In this document: positions 23,501 through 37,599 of the stretch, in pieces
Numbering within the stretch: the stretch's first letter is position 1
Layout of the letters: each line of letters starts with the position of its first letter
Assembly (NCBI RefSeq): GCF_963676685.1
Contig: NC_092351.1
Location: 372,001-436,000 of the forward strand
Reading direction: 5' to 3'
DNA: 64,000 nucleotides
From: Mytilus edulis
Lineage: Eukaryota
Position numbers and translations under genes: made by a program
Notes under the pieces: model-generated
What the model was told of the DNA's origin: nothing
Databases searched by the model: none
The model's input: only the letters and a program-made list of their open reading frames with translations

Positions 23501-24076
23501 TAAATATAAGATTAATAGAGAAATATTGCACAAAAGAAGCTTGGAAATCGATCGAAAGCATTTATTGTATTAAAGATGAATTAAATTTATATATCTGCAA
23601 TTTTTGCAAAAGCGATGCGACGCAAAAGAAACCAGTGTCATGTGCAGTTCATGTCTTAAGTGGCAGCATCTTTCGTGTGCAAGTCTAAATAATGCACCAA
23701 AAGCAAGGCACTGGTTTTGTTACATTTTTAAACATTTTGAGCTTGTTGATTTGTTTTAGAACCATAACCTTAGAATATGATATAATTTATTTTTAATATA
23801 TATGATTTGTAAATGTGTTTTAAAAAATACATATAGTTTAAGAGACTTCTTAATACGTTGAGAGTATCATATTTACTAGTTCTGTCTAAAGTTATGAAGA
23901 AGACATATTTGTTTAGAGATATTCTAACTAAAGTTTCTATATTTTTTCTATTCTTGTATTCTGAAAATCCTAATTTAGACCGGCAAAATAGCCAAACTCA
24001 ATATAGATTGCTATTTTGCTGGAGCCAGCAAAATAGCATTTTAGATTCTATTTTGACGGAGCCGGAAATATAGCCA
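20519..24076 (+). mobile_element. MULE/Mutator DNA transposon with TIRs (degenerate)
   Basis: TIR tggctattttgccggctccggaaaatagcaatctata at 20519 matches an inverted copy at ~23975-24076 built of gctattttgc subrepeats. TSD not evident. Confidence 0.85.
20770..23730 (+). pseudogene. MULE transposase with FAR1-like, SWIM, AT-hook and PHD motifs (ZSWIM3-like)
   Basis: Motifs KYCCVHGG, HNHEI, LIDATYKTNNLRLSLY..VDGNG, TNNRIESIN, SWIM CTCTFFKSMFLPCRH (22686-22730), KKRGRPKG and PHD-like CNFC..CSSCLKWQHLSC..WFC. Many stops and frameshifts. Confidence 0.85.
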
Positions 24077-25739
24077 CGGCGGCCAAAAATAATAACATCT
24101 CTATAACTGAAAGTGAGGTTAATGCACAGATATAATTTTTTTCTGAGATGATAAATAAATGAAAGGGAATTAAAATGTGGTATTCAGGTGAATTTTAATC
24201 TGACAACTGTCCGAGAGAAAGATTATCCAAAGAAACATCTATAATATCGACCAGTACTTTTTCTATCTTTTTTTTGCAACAAACAACAATGTTAATAGAT
24301 AAAGTTGATAATCAAATTCGGACGCTTAATACCAGGGAGGGCACCGAATAAGCAAATAAAAATATATATCATGGGGTAAAGCAGAACAGATATCTTATTA
24401 ACATATCTCATTTATTTAGGCGTAGAAAAGAAGTCCCCTTTAGTGTACGTTCTAATGATTTCTTGGTTCAAATACATTTTGCCAAATATTGATATATCTT
24501 AAATGATTCTCCCCATTTACTTCTTGGCTAAATAACATTGTTCTGCATAGTATACCGATTGATCTATTAATAGATTATAAAAAAACATAAAGAAGCTACC
24601 TATATCTCAAGCTTGAATATATCATATGTTATGATAATTTATATTAAAATATATAATTTAAATTGGTTGCTGAATATACTATAATTAAATGTCCTAAATA
24701 ATACGTTTGATGTTTCATCAAGATGCAATGAAAATGAAAGGTGTAAAATTTGTTACAGCTCTAAGTCTAAATTTGGTAAAGGTGACTGGGGAAAATTATT
24801 TTTTTAATAAAATTTTCACTACATTTTAGCAACAAGAATGTCCAAAAACTGCTTCGGTTTTGGTACGCATCGGTGTAAAATTTGGTATTCGGATGATATT
24901 TTTAACAGACAACTGTACACTAGAATAATATCAACTAATATCAACTAGAACCCTTTTACATTTTTTTAAAACAAAATACCAATGTAAAAAGATAAATTTG
25001 ATCAACAAAATCAAGACGCCAAATATCAAGGATGGCACAAAATAAGCAAATTAATAAAAAAAAAAATGGAGCAAAAGACAACACAAATCTTTTGAAATAC
25101 TAATTATATTTACAGGCGTAGACAAGCTCTCCTTTTAATGTACGTTTCGGTGAGTTTTTTGTTTCAAATATTTTTGCTTAGCATTTGTATATCATAAATG
25201 ATTTTGAATAGTTACTTTCTTTTTAAACACAGAGTATACCTATTTACCTATAAATCGATTACAGAGTATACCTATTTGCTGTACCTATAAATAGATTACA
25301 GAGTATACCTATTTGCTGTACCTATAAAAAGATTACAAACAGAAATTAGGGTCAACATTTTAATAGATTACAAACAGAAAGAACGGTCAATATTTCATCG
25401 ATTTGCCTATTTATAGATTACAAACAGATAAAACGGTCGATATATGATAATAACCGATAATTTTTCTATAAATGAATAGATATATATAGGGACAACAACT
25501 ACTGTGACATTTTTTCCTCCGGATCAAATTTCACCCGGATATAATTTTGCTTTACACTTGCGTCGCACATATTGGGGGGGGGGGGCATATTTTATTAGTC
25601 CTGTCCTTGGACAATAACTAAAACAATGTTGTTCATCAAATCTTTTAAAAATGATCCTACTGAAGCATGTTAAGTGTGAATCTCAGTGACTCGATATACA
25701 TATATGTATTTGATATTTCCTAAGGAAACTTATATTTGA

Positions 25740-28700
25740 TTGGTAATTAATTATATGTCTGAGGCGTTTTTAAATACTAAAAAAGGTAAGCGGGATTCAA
25801 ATGAGATTAATATCCCAGGGTATAGCAATGAAAGAAAAGATAGAGAAAATAAAAAAGGTGGGGGATGGATAGTTTACTTTGATAATGATATTAAATATGA
25901 AAGAATGACATTATTACAGAATGAAAAAAAAAGAAACTGTCTGGTTTAAGATTTTTCCAAAAGACAAAGAATCATTTTTATTATGTTTTGTATACAGACC
26001 ACCTAATAGCCAAACCTCTTGGTATACTTATTTTGAAAATGAGGTTGTAAAGGCTTATCTATAAATGATAATATATTGCTAATGGGCGACTTTAATATTG
26101 AGTTTTTGAAGCCTCTTCCTTCTAAATGGTCAACTTATATTACAACATATGGTCTTCATCAAATGGTGGTTGACCCTACTAGAGTTACTTCTACTAGTGT
26201 CACTTTAATTGATCATATTTACAGTACAAATCCTACAAGTCTTATCAATGTAATAGTACCATCATACGCCCCAGGTGATCATTATCCTGTTAGCTGTACT
26301 GTAAACAAATTTGCAAAGCTTATTAAAGACAAACCAGATTCACATTTTGAGATCAAATACAGAAACTTCAAAACATTTAATGATGAAATGTTTTTAAAAG
26401 ATTTGTCAAATCAACCACTGATATAATACAGGAAATCAATGATCCAAACGAAGCAATGGACATGTGGTATTACTTACTTGTCAATCTATTAGATAAACAT
26501 GCAGACGTGTAAAAAATAAATGTCAACCTGAATGGTATACTAATGAAATCGGTAAATCAAAATTCCAAGGAGATTATTTTCACAAAAAGAAAGACACTGG
26601 AAATTATAAAAAAATATAGGAACAAAACTAGTGAATTAATCCGTTATGCAAAAGCAAAATATTTTATGGATGCAATAGATAACGATAAAAACTGTAAAAT
26701 TCTTTGGAGGCATTTGAAGGATATGAATTCAACAACAAAACAGGAAATTGACATTTTAACACACGAAGGAAAAGTACTTATAAACAAAAATGATATTGCT
26801 AACTGCTTAAATGATCATTTTAGCCCAGTAGATGAGAAGCTTATATCAAATCCTCACAAAAGTTTTAAATCTGAGAAAATTAATAACTATGTCAATTCAA
26901 AAATAATTGATGATACTAAATTCTCATTATATACTGTCACAAATGACCAGGTTCTATAAGGTCTAAAGAATCTAGACATAACTTAATCAACTGGAACTGA
27001 TGGAGTTGGACCTAGAATTTTAAAACTATCAAGGTCGATTGTAGCAAGCCCCCTTGCTCACATAATAAACCTTAGTTTAGATACTGCAATATTTTCTAAT
27101 ATATTAAAATCTGCTAAAGTTGCTCCCATATTTAAAGGAGGGGATAAAACAGACCCAAACAATTATAGATCCATTTCAATTTTACCAACTGTGTCCAAGT
27201 TATTTGAAAACACTGTCTTTAAACAACTATATTTATTCTTAACCACACACAAATTATTAATACAACAGCAGTCTGGATTTAGAGAAAAACATTCTTGTCA
27301 TACAGCACTCATTAAAATAATTGATAAATGGTTAGAAGAATTGGACAATGGAAATTTTACCGCTATTCTCTTTTTAGATTTTAAGAAGGCTTTTGATACG
27401 GTAAATCACTTTATACTTTTATCAAAACTCAAATTATACAAATGCGATGACCACTCTGTAAAATGGTTTTCATCGTATCTCTCTCATAGAATGCAAAAAG
27501 TTAAGTTAGGAACCACTGAATCAGAATATAAAACTGTAACTTTTGGAGTTCCTCAACGTTCTATACTTGGACCTATATTGTTCCTAATTTATATAAAAAG
27601 TAAAATCACAAAAATACTGAACTTAGAGGAAGATCAATTGGGAAAGTCCATAATCACATGGCAAAATCAAATAACAATGACTTACCATTAACCTTAGAAT
27701 TTACATAATCTGATCTATATGCTGATGATACAACATTACATTTATCATCTAAATCTATTGTAAATTTAAATATATGTTTAAATAAAGACTTAGACAATGT
27801 TATTAAATGGTGTAAAGAAAATGATATGACGATAAATAGCAAGAAATCAAAATGAATGTTTGTTGGATCAGACAGAAAACTGGTAAACTGTAATGAATGT
27901 TTATGTGTTTTATCACAAGATAATATCGCTTTAGATAATGTTGAAGTTGAAAAACTTCTCGGAATTTATATTGATAAAAACCTATCATGGTCAATTCAAA
28001 TTGATAAAATATGCGAAACTATTTCAACCAGAATATATTTGTTAAAAAGGTTGAAACGTTATTTACCATTAAAGGGTCTTATTCTTTTTAAAATAGCTAT
28101 ATATTACCCATTATTGACTACTGTTGTACAGTATGGGGTCTTACCACACACATTAATCTGGAGAGGATACATAAGCTCCAAAAACGTGCTGCAAGATTAG
28201 TTTTATCTGATTCTTTGATTTTCTATCAACAGTAATGTTTAAAAAACTTACATGGATGACTATATTTACGAGGATACACTACTTTCAAGCTGTGTTAATG
28301 TTTAAATGTATGAATGGTCTAGCACCTGATTATCTATCTATTAAACTTACTGCTTGTGCTGATCTTTATAAATATTGTCTGAGGTCGACAACATCAGGAC
28401 TTCTTCGTGTACCAAGACCTAATTCTGATTTTTTTAAAGAACATTTAAATATTCTGGTCTTATTACCTGGAATACTATACCAAATAATATTAAAGAAATA
28501 GATAATTTAGATACATTTAAGACCAACTGTTCAAACTATTTTCTAACTGAGCAGAATAAAGATGCACGAAACTAATGTAATTTTTCTTCTTTTACTGAAT
28601 GCATATGTACTTATTCAATATTTAACTGTATTATGTATTTTATTTTGTATGTATTTTTTTTCTGTTTTCTATTTGAATTAATAGTTTTTGAAGGCCTCAT

Positions 28701-28762
28701 GGAAGATTAACATGTAATTGTTAAATGTGTTACCTTCGTTAAATAAAGAATTTTATTATTAT
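25740..28762 (+). mobile_element. CR1/L2-type LINE ORF2 pseudogene (APE + RT) with 3' tail
   Basis: Motifs GGG..VY, VYRPP, MGDFN, TLIDHIY, DH, NYRSISILP, QSGFR, FLDFKKAFDTV, GVPQRSILGP and LYADD (27715-27729). Ends aaataaagaattttattattat. Confidence 0.9.
27597..27674. mobile_element. Short repeat-terminus insertion splitting the LINE RT
   Basis: Lies between FLIYI and NDLP codons. The sequence matches 42180-42260, and more loosely ~5262-5330 and inverted ~61670-61742. Confidence 0.75.
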
Positions 28763-28814
28763 GAGACATTGCTGTTATATACCTTATATATGAAATTAAA
28801 TCTGTCTAACATTG

Positions 28815-29400
28815 TACAGATTCAGGTTCAGATTCAATATTTTATTAGTCTCACCACTTGTAAGACATATAATACAATTATCATAATATATACATTGAAT
28901 AAAACAATAATTTTATAAATTAAAATACAAGTGCCATTCTATAAAGAATTATGAGCGACTATAGAAATCAATATGAATTATAACTATTTTATTTATCTTG
29001 TCTATAAAAACATTTTTGTTACGTAAAACCATACAACTACAATTATCATGTCTATAAATATTTCAAGTTTATAAAAACATAACCATCAATTAAGCATATA
29101 AAAACTATTTCTTCTACTTAAAATGTTAAAGCAGGTCTTGGCAATCACATCAAAACAATCAGTATTTTTTAAAAAGATATATAAACTTATCACCATCAGA
29201 TAAAATATTAAAATCACCATTACTTCTTTTAACTTCATAAAATAAACTTTCACGTAAATCTGTAAATAAAGGACAATCTAAAATAATATGTTTCTCATCT
29301 TCAATTTTATCCTTGCACACAAAGCAAGCTCTTTCATTTACAGTTTTATTTTCATAATAAGCCAAGATAATGATATTTTTATACAATACACAATTTGTTT
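28815..29400 (-). mobile_element. 3' end of an RTEX/L1-like LINE
   Basis: CCHC knuckle ERACFVCKDKIEDEKHIILDC. Tail on the minus strand is aataaaatattgaatctgaacctgaatct. Confidence 0.65.
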
Positions 29401-29487
29401 TCACCAAGTAAACATATTACGTTTGTTGGTTGTACAGAGGGATTTCAGAAGGATACGAAGTGTGCTTCAGCTGAACCCCTTTCCCCC

Positions 29488-29523
<36 letters not shown>
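29488..29523. repeat. (CA)n microsatellite
   Basis: Direct read. Confidence 0.95.
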
Positions 29524-29527
<4 letters not shown>

Positions 29528-31479
29528 AAGATATAATGTTATAGGAATCTTGAACTTATGAGATATATGTAGAACGACGCATAGTAAGGAATGATTCATA
29601 ATTAATACAATTATTTTGCTTGATAATTTTGCCGGTAATAACATAATTATTTTACCGGGATTTACAATTCCAAATTAGCAGATGTATTCTATTTGTCTAT
29701 CTCGGAGATCCTGAATTCCAGTTCCGGGATATAGTAGTACATCAAAGGAGTTATTAATGATATGTTAATAGCTACATGTATATATTAAGAGGATTCCATT
29801 ATATTGGACTTCTGATATTAGCGATCACCAATTGACTATTATTATTTTTTAAGTCACCACCAACTTTAAATGTGTTCAATTTGCCCGTCCCTCTATCCGT
29901 CCGTCCATCACACTTCAGTTTCAGTCTAGAAATACTTTGACCAAATGATTATGATTCTATTAATGGTTTTTACAGCTTAATATTATGTTACAAGTCAATT
30001 TTGTGATTTATGCTAGTGGAATAACATTTCAGACGGGTGTGTGCCATAAGAAATAAAGAATTTTCTTACAATTGTTAGGGACATATCTATCTTACCATAC
30101 CATAGGCCAGGTTGGCTCGGCTATTGCAATCCCATGAAGTTCATCAGCTGTTAACTTTCAAAAATTGATTATCAGATGATGAACTCGGAACAAAGTCCGA
30201 CCAAACGCAATTATCTTTTCAAGTATTTACTTGTATGCAACATTTTAAAAAAGCAACATACCCCCCCCCCCCCCTTTTTTTCCAAACCCCCAACCCCAAT
30301 GTTACATTATATATTACATTTATTGAACAATCTGAAGAAATAAACCCAGACAAGACTGTGAGTGGAGCAAAGAATGAAGTCATATTCAAATTTGAAAATA
30401 AACACCCTCTATTTATGTATTTTTTATATAAATTTCTATTTATGCAGTTTTTGAGTGGATGTTGCTATGGATAATATGTGTTTCCATGGTAACAATTGAA
30501 GTCAACAATACTTGACGATAGTAATTTAAAGTTTGCGTTAGCTTTTATGTATTTTCTTATTGGTTATAAAACAATTCAGGACATTTAAGCTCTTAGACTG
30601 CTATATTCTGCAAATAAAAACTCCGTTTCCAAGGAAAAAATTGGTTGCTATGGTGATAAAACTAAAGAAAATCCCATGCATTTTTCTAGTCAATTTGGTA
30701 AAGTAGTATCCAAACTTCATAACTACAGTGCTAACTATTCTGTACACATTTGCACTTTTCTGAAGAAAAAAAAACAGAGAAAATTTGATAATTTCGCAAA
30801 AATTCCAATTTCAGAAAAGTTGAAAATATGCTTTTTTTCGCAAAATTTTTCAAAAAATTTACGAATTTGGTTGGCATGCAATCTTCACTTAAATGAAGCT
30901 TAAACCAAGTTGTATCAATGTTACATATGAACATTGATGAAAAATGCATGATATTCTATTCATACATGTCATAATCAGGCTCTAATTTGTGGTGATTTAG
31001 CTGATTTTAGAAAGATTTTACCACGCTCAACAACCAAAAAATAGTGTGTCCGTTACCATCACAACCACTAATATTTTCCCACTAAAATTTTGCAGTATTC
31101 ATTTATTGATTCTACTAGGCCAATTATAGATAGAATCTGGAACCCCCCCCCCATATATCACATGTATATGGCACTCTGTCTGGTTCTTATAAAGAGCTAT
31201 ACACTTCTATGGAATAGAGGGGGAAAGAATATGTAAAATTGTAGTTCATTAACATATGTATTTTTTCTTGTAAATGAATATTATGGTATTTGGTGCATAA
31301 CATTTGAAAGTGTTAACCACTGCAAGCATAGTCAATACTTAAATATGTATTATGTAAATTCCGAACGTACTACTAATTCTACAATGTTCTATTTGAAAGA
31401 TGCCTGTTTACTAGGATTATGTATTAAATTTTATCACATATTTTGTACTGATAAGTACGTTTTTGCATTGCCAATAATA

Positions 31480-33400
31480 GCCGGAAGTCAAGGTTGGTTA
31501 TCAGCCCTCGGTGCCAATATCGTTATCAGCCTTCGAAAACTCATATCGTGCCCCCGAGTTTGACTTCCGGTAACCTGTCGATCAAATACTATTTCTAAAC
31601 AAGATGGCAACTGAAGCAGACGATGATAGGTGTCTCACAATATCGAATGATGATAGTTATCAAAGGTACCAGGATTATAATTCAATACACCAGAGGCGCG
31701 TTTCGTCTACATAAGACTCATCAGGGACGCTCAGATTAAAAAAGTTATAAAGCCAAACAAGTACAAAGTTTAAGAGCTTAATGACTCTAAATTCAAAAAG
31801 GTTGTGCCAAATACGGCTCAGGTTATCTATTCCTTTCAAAAAATTCAAAGATTGTGATAACAGTAATTTTATAGAAGAATTGAAAAATGATAACACAAAG
31901 AGAAAAACTAAAAGTTAAGTTAAATTATTAACCGAATGGTTAAAGGAGAACAATGAGTTACGGACAGAAGAGGACATATCTGTACTCAATCAGTACTTAG
32001 CCAGATTTTACTGGTCTGTCCGATCTTAGAAAAATGAAGAATATAAACCGGATAGCTCGAAATCGATCCTGTCATCAATCAGTAGATATTTAATGGAAAA
32101 GAATGGAATATATATTCTTAAAGATTAGCATTATCTGCCAAAAGGAAGCACCTTAAGTCACAGGGACTTGGAAACAAAAAAATAAAAGCAGATCCTTTCA
32201 CATCTACTCAAATAGACATGTTATTAAAACTATCTCCTAGGAACAGGTAGGTTTATTAAATATTACCCGAGACTACGCATGTACATAAAATTATAATGCT
32301 TTTATGGTATCAGCTTCAAAAATATATCTTAAAACCAGCTAAAAAGATAATGAAGAAAGAAAAGTGTATGTATAAGCCATGCCTGGCAACATCAACATCT
32401 CAACTCTCAATTCTTATGTTTAGGCAACCCTGATGCACTACTTAATACCATATGGGTAAACAATACTTTACACTTCGGTATGAGGAGAAGGAAGGAGCAT
32501 ATTGACATGTTTTTTGGAGACATAAAAAGGATGCAACAGCGAGTGGTGAACAATGTTTAGAATACAATGAAAGGATGACCAAAACCAGGACAGAACACTG
32601 TGACAGTAAAGCATTTGCACCTAAAATGTTTGCAACACCAGGTAACTTTCTTTTAAATTTATTTAATATAAATATAAAATTGACAGTTATTGACAAATAC
32701 AAGAACCACCACACAAGTATGCCTACTCAAGAAGTATGAAAAGTTAACCATAGTTCGCAAGACAATAGTTTCCTCACTGTATCACTCCAATGTGGAGGCT
32801 ACCAATGTCATGTAGTTGACAGGCCATACGAATGTTGTTTCAATCAATGAGTAAAGTTCAGCATCATTAAAGCAACAGCAAGACATGTCTAATATTTCGT
32901 CTGATATTGGTTTAGAGAGCTTAGGATTCATACCACAAGAACCAACTTCAAACACTAGTTTTGAGTCAAACCTGCCGATTTTCCTGAGGATAATATTTTT
33001 GACAGTATTGAACCAAATGAAGTCTGCAAAACAATAGAACATTTTGAGTCTGCAGAAAAAAATGTAAAAATAACAAGTCCACTTTTTCCATTCTTCCACA
33101 AGCTTCTATTGGGAATGATACAAGTAACATTTGTAACTCTGAAAAATAAGATTATTGTTATATATTTGTTGAATTTTTCACATCACTTTATTTTCTCACT
33201 GTGATACATATTTTTATTCAAATGTTGTGAATTTTTGTTGAAAATATTAAACATAATGTGATATCTTCTTCCTTTTTCCCCAGCTTGAAAATATGTGATT
33301 AATAGATAATTACATGTCATTTTCCATATTGGCCCTCTGGCTTGATATGGAATATAGGGCTGATACTAGGGCCAATATAGAAAAAATGCCATATACTAAT
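31480..33400 (+). mobile_element. CryptonA-type (DUF3504/ZMYM-related) tyrosine-recombinase transposon remnant with introns
   Basis: Manual translation gives LNQYLARFYWSVRS*KNEEYKPDS (~31985), LSAKRKHLKSQGLGNK, intron ~32247-32422, NPDALLNTIWVNNTLHFGMRRRKEH, YNERMTKTRT..APKMF and NHS-RKT..LTGHTNVVSINE*SS (~32745-32865). Imperfect inverted repeats lie near both ends. Confidence 0.8.
31687..31730 (-). ncRNA. Minimal hammerhead ribozyme in a retrozyme fragment (~31650-31835)
   Basis: Minus strand reads GCGUCC-CUGAUGA-GUCU(UAUGU)AGAC-GAAA-CGCGCC-UC-UGGUGU; stems I and III are slightly mutated. Confidence 0.75.
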
Positions 33401-33574
33401 CTTTAACTATCGCTATTTTGTGCATTTTTCCTTTGATCTTTTTTTGTGATTATTTTTTATATCATGCTACTCGCTTGAGATGGAAAATTATAGCTAGAAA
33501 CTAAGGAGACACGTGGTGTTGCAAATGAAATTGACATGAAATTGACAAGTTGTCATATGTAAAATAGCGATGAA

Positions 33575-33676
33575 CAGATTAGCATTGGTCATCTCAACTC
33601 GATTGCTTTTCTCGCTTTCGCCGTACCGGCTCAGGCGAGAAAAACAATCTCGTTGAGATGATCAACGATAATCTAT
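33575..33676. repeat. Long imperfect palindrome, probably a non-autonomous Crypton-like MITE end
   Basis: agattagcattggtcatctcaactcgattgcttttctcgc ... gcgagaaaaacaatctcgttgagatgatcaacgataatct. Confidence 0.6.
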
Positions 33677-33792
33677 AAGTGTGTAAAGAACAATTATTCA
33701 AGATATAGAAAGTAAATGCTATAAATACATCTGGGATGGTGGACTAGAAAAGTTGAAAAGAAATACTATAATTAAATCAACGAAGAAGGGGG

Positions 33793-35835
33793 TGTCGGAA
33801 AATACGCGAAGTACTAACATTGAGCTATGGTAACATTGTAACCATAACGCTATATTGAATGAAGTTATTGTATAGATGATTTATAGCTATCGCGACGATT
33901 AAACGCATATAAAAAACACAACGTATTTATTGAGATTCTTCAACATTTAATGGTGCCATAACCTTTGGATATATATGGATTCAAAGCTGAAGTCAGTTCG
34001 TGCTGGACACAAAGGAGCCGTCACGATGCTACTGTTGAAATTCGACGAAATAAAAGTCAAAAACAGACATGTAAGTTGACGAAGTGAATGCCCTTGATGA
34101 TGCCTTCTCAGAGATAAGTTCGGACAACCTAGCAAACTGGTCCATGCTTACATGAAAGCACTCATGAATAAAACTCATCATAGAACTTACCCACACCGAC
34201 AAATGATGCATGTAGCTTGAGGTCTTACGGAGACAAACTTGAATCATATGTGCGAGGATTAGAGTCACTTGGTCAAACACCAGAGATGTATTGCAAATAT
34301 ACAGGTACGATGCAGGAGCCGAATATACAGACAGCTATCAACGTGGTTGAAACAACAGACACAACTAGTGTATTGCATGCATCACAAGTAAGTCCCGACA
34401 TTCTCCTAAAAACAGCAACTGCGCCAGTTATATATAACGACGTAAACATATAATATAACATATTATTTGACGAAGGAGCGCAACGTTTTATTATCACTCA
34501 GAAATTAGCCGATAAACTAGAAATTAAAACAACGGGGAAAATCAGCATTCAACTGTCTGCGTTCGGAGATTTATCTCAGAAAGTTCGTAACTTGGAAACT
34601 GCAACAATACAATTACAGACCGACACGGGAGAAAGTGTGAGTATAAACACACTCATTGTTTCAGAAAATGCCGTCCCGATTCATAACAGTATTTCACAGA
34701 CTACAAGGAGTTACCACAGTTGAGAGGACTTAAACTTGCACATTCTGTACATTTTCATTGGAGAGCGTTTTGAGATCGACCTACTTATAGGCGCGGACTA
34801 CTACTGGGAAATTATGGAAGACAAAATCATAAGAGAGAAAGGACACACCGCTGTACAGTCAAAGATAGGATATTTATTATCAGGACCAATCAACAGAAAT
34901 ATCACCCAGCATTCAACATCTACAGTTCTTTTAAACGTTATATCATCCCATCAATTGGAGAAGACAGAGATTGAAAAGTTTTGGACACTTGAGTCAATAG
35001 GAATCAATACATGTGAAAACAAGGAGAACACCAACAATTTACAGACATACCAGAACACAGCTATTGATTACGAGAAAAAGTACACGGCAAAGTTGCCTTG
35101 GAAACTTGACCATCCAGATATGCCTTCAAATATGGCCATTGCCAAAGGTAAAACCAAGAATATAGCTAGACGCCTACACCGGGAACCGCACTTGCTACAA
35201 AAATACAGTGAAATAATCAATGAACAAGAAAAGGGAAGATTTATAGAGAGGGTTCCAAATACGGAAGATGATAACAACAAACATATGATTCACTACATTC
35301 CTCACCAGCCTGTGAAAAAAGATTCCGAGACCACCCCCATTCGTATAGTGTACGACTGCAGTTGTAAACCACAGCAAGATTTAGCCAGCTTAAATGATTG
35401 CTTAATGCCAACGCCACCCAATCTTAATGACTTAACCAAAATACTAATGCGATCCAGAATCGGGGAATATGGTATCAGTACAGATATTGAAAAGGCCATC
35501 TTACAGATAGGACTTGACAAGAAGGATCGTGACGCTACACGTTTCTTTTCGCTAGCTGACCCCAACGACCCACATAGCAGTCTTACAGCTTACAGGTTTA
35601 AATTCGATATTGTTTGGCGCAACATGCTCATCATTTATTTTTGATTTTTTTGGTTACATATTTCACATTTGTCGGGCCCCAGAATGTTTGAAAATACGCG
35701 AAGTACTAGCAATAAGCTATGTTAAAGTTGTAACCATAATGCTATATTGAATGACGTTATTGTACAGATCATTTAGCTATCACGACGATAAAACGTATAT
35801 ACAAAACACAACGTATATATTGAGATTCTTTAATA
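33793..35835 (+). mobile_element. Internally deleted BEL/Pao LTR retrotransposon
   Basis: LTRs 33793-33945 and 35685-35835, PBS-like tggtgcc at ~33951, flanks GGGGG/GGGCG. Internal remnants: gag, protease (LFDEGAQR, LLIGADYYW) and RT start (HYIPHQPV, IRIVYDCS, LNDCL, DIEKA). Confidence 0.85.
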
Positions 35836-35869
35836 GGGCGATTACAAATGATTGATAAACAAAGTAATT

Positions 35870-37592
35870 CTATATTAAAAAATGAAGATGTGGTATGATT
35901 GCCAATGAACCAACTCTCCATAAGAGACCAAAATGACACAGAAATTAACAACTATAGGTAAGCGTACGGCCTTCAAAAATGATCAAAGGTAATACCGCAT
36001 AGTCAGCTATAAAAGGCCCCGAAATGACAATGTTATACAATTCAAACGAGAAAACAAACGGCCTTATTTATGTACAAAAAATGTAACGAAAAACAAATAC
36101 TAGTATGTAACATATAAACAAACGACAACCACTGAATTACTAGCTCCTGCCTTGGGACAGCCACCTACATACATCCATAATGTGGCGGGGTTAAACATGT
36201 TAGCGGGATCCCAACCCTTCCCTAACAAGAGACAATGGTATAACAGCACAACATAAGAACGAAGTATAAGAATCAGTTGAAAAGGCTTAGAAAAGACAGA
36301 CAAAAGATATCATAGGGACAGTCAAACTTATAATTCGAAAATAAACTGACAACGCCATGTCTAAAAATGAAAAAGACATTACAGACAAAACAATATTACA
36401 CTTGACACAACATATGAAAACTAAAGAATAAGTAACACGAACCCAACCAAAAACTAGGGGTCATCTCAGGTGCTCCAGAAGGGTACGCAGATCCTACTAC
36501 ACACGTGGCACCCGTCGTGTTGCTCATGTTTTAACAAATCCGGTAGTCTAATTCGGTAGGTCACATTCATGAAAGGGAAGGGGATTGTTGTTACGACATG
36601 AGGAACATATCCGATATCATCTGTGAAACGGTTATTCCATAACGGTCAACCAACTCGTGATTTCAACTTCACCATTTTCTAACTCTTGTTTTAATCGCTT
36701 CCTTGTAAGCAAGCAACCCTCTATCAAGAAAATCATGATAGGAAATACAAGCATGGGAATATCGTATCAATTGGGTGATATATACCCCGTATGCAGGTGC
36801 TGCTGGAATGCTGCTAAACTCGTCAGATGAACAAAAATACAAAAGGACGTGGCCGGGTACTTGTACATCCCAACAACAAAAATACACTAGGTACAGATCT
36901 GAGAGTACTCGCAATTAGCGGACAGCTAGTTCAAAGCCACTAACAACTAATTAAAATATCATGCATCTAAGACTAAATTATCAATCCGTACACATCCAAC
37001 ACCCAATGGATTAAGTGTAAAGACGGCATAACAGTCAGAGAAAAACATGACCTTGCGCAATGCCAATATACAGGAATCGACTATGTCTCAAAACGCATTT
37101 TGGTAAAGTAAAATCATTAGTTACGGAATTTAAAAATATCTCATTGTGGTTTGTATAAAAGAGGGATATAAGATACAACAGGGACAGTCATCTCATAGAT
37201 AGAAAATAAACTTACAACGCTACTGCTAAACATACATAAACAAACCCACAAATAATAGTACAGAAGACACAGCATAAAAAAACTAAAGACAACTTGGGGA
37301 GATCTCAGGTGCCCTGAAAGGGAAAGCAGATCCTGTTCCACATGTGGCACCCGTCGTGTTGCTTATGTTATTACAAATCCGGTAAATAGTCTAATTCGGT
37401 AGGTCACATTCCTGAAAAGGGAAATGTTATTGAAGTTACGACATAAGGAACATATCCGATATCATCTGTGAAACGGTTATTCCATCGCGGTCAACCAACT
37501 CGTGATGGCGTACGTAAATTTTACTTTCATCTCCACCATTTGGAACTCTTGTTTCAAAAGCTTCTTTGTGAGTAGCAATCCTCTATCAAGGT
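35870..37592 (-). mobile_element. Cluster of Penelope-like 3'-end fragments
   Basis: SSIPAAPAYGVYITQLIRYSHACISYHDFLDRGLL at 36669-36820. Two copies (~36290-36820 and ~37150-37592) match 59960-60490 inverted. Confidence 0.7.
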
Positions 37593-37599
37593 ATAAACT

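Noticed and set aside
20199-24088. 9-bp direct repeat CGGCCAAAA as the MULE target-site duplication
   Set aside because: The left copy is ~310 bp from the TIR, and the motif also occurs elsewhere (~7792).
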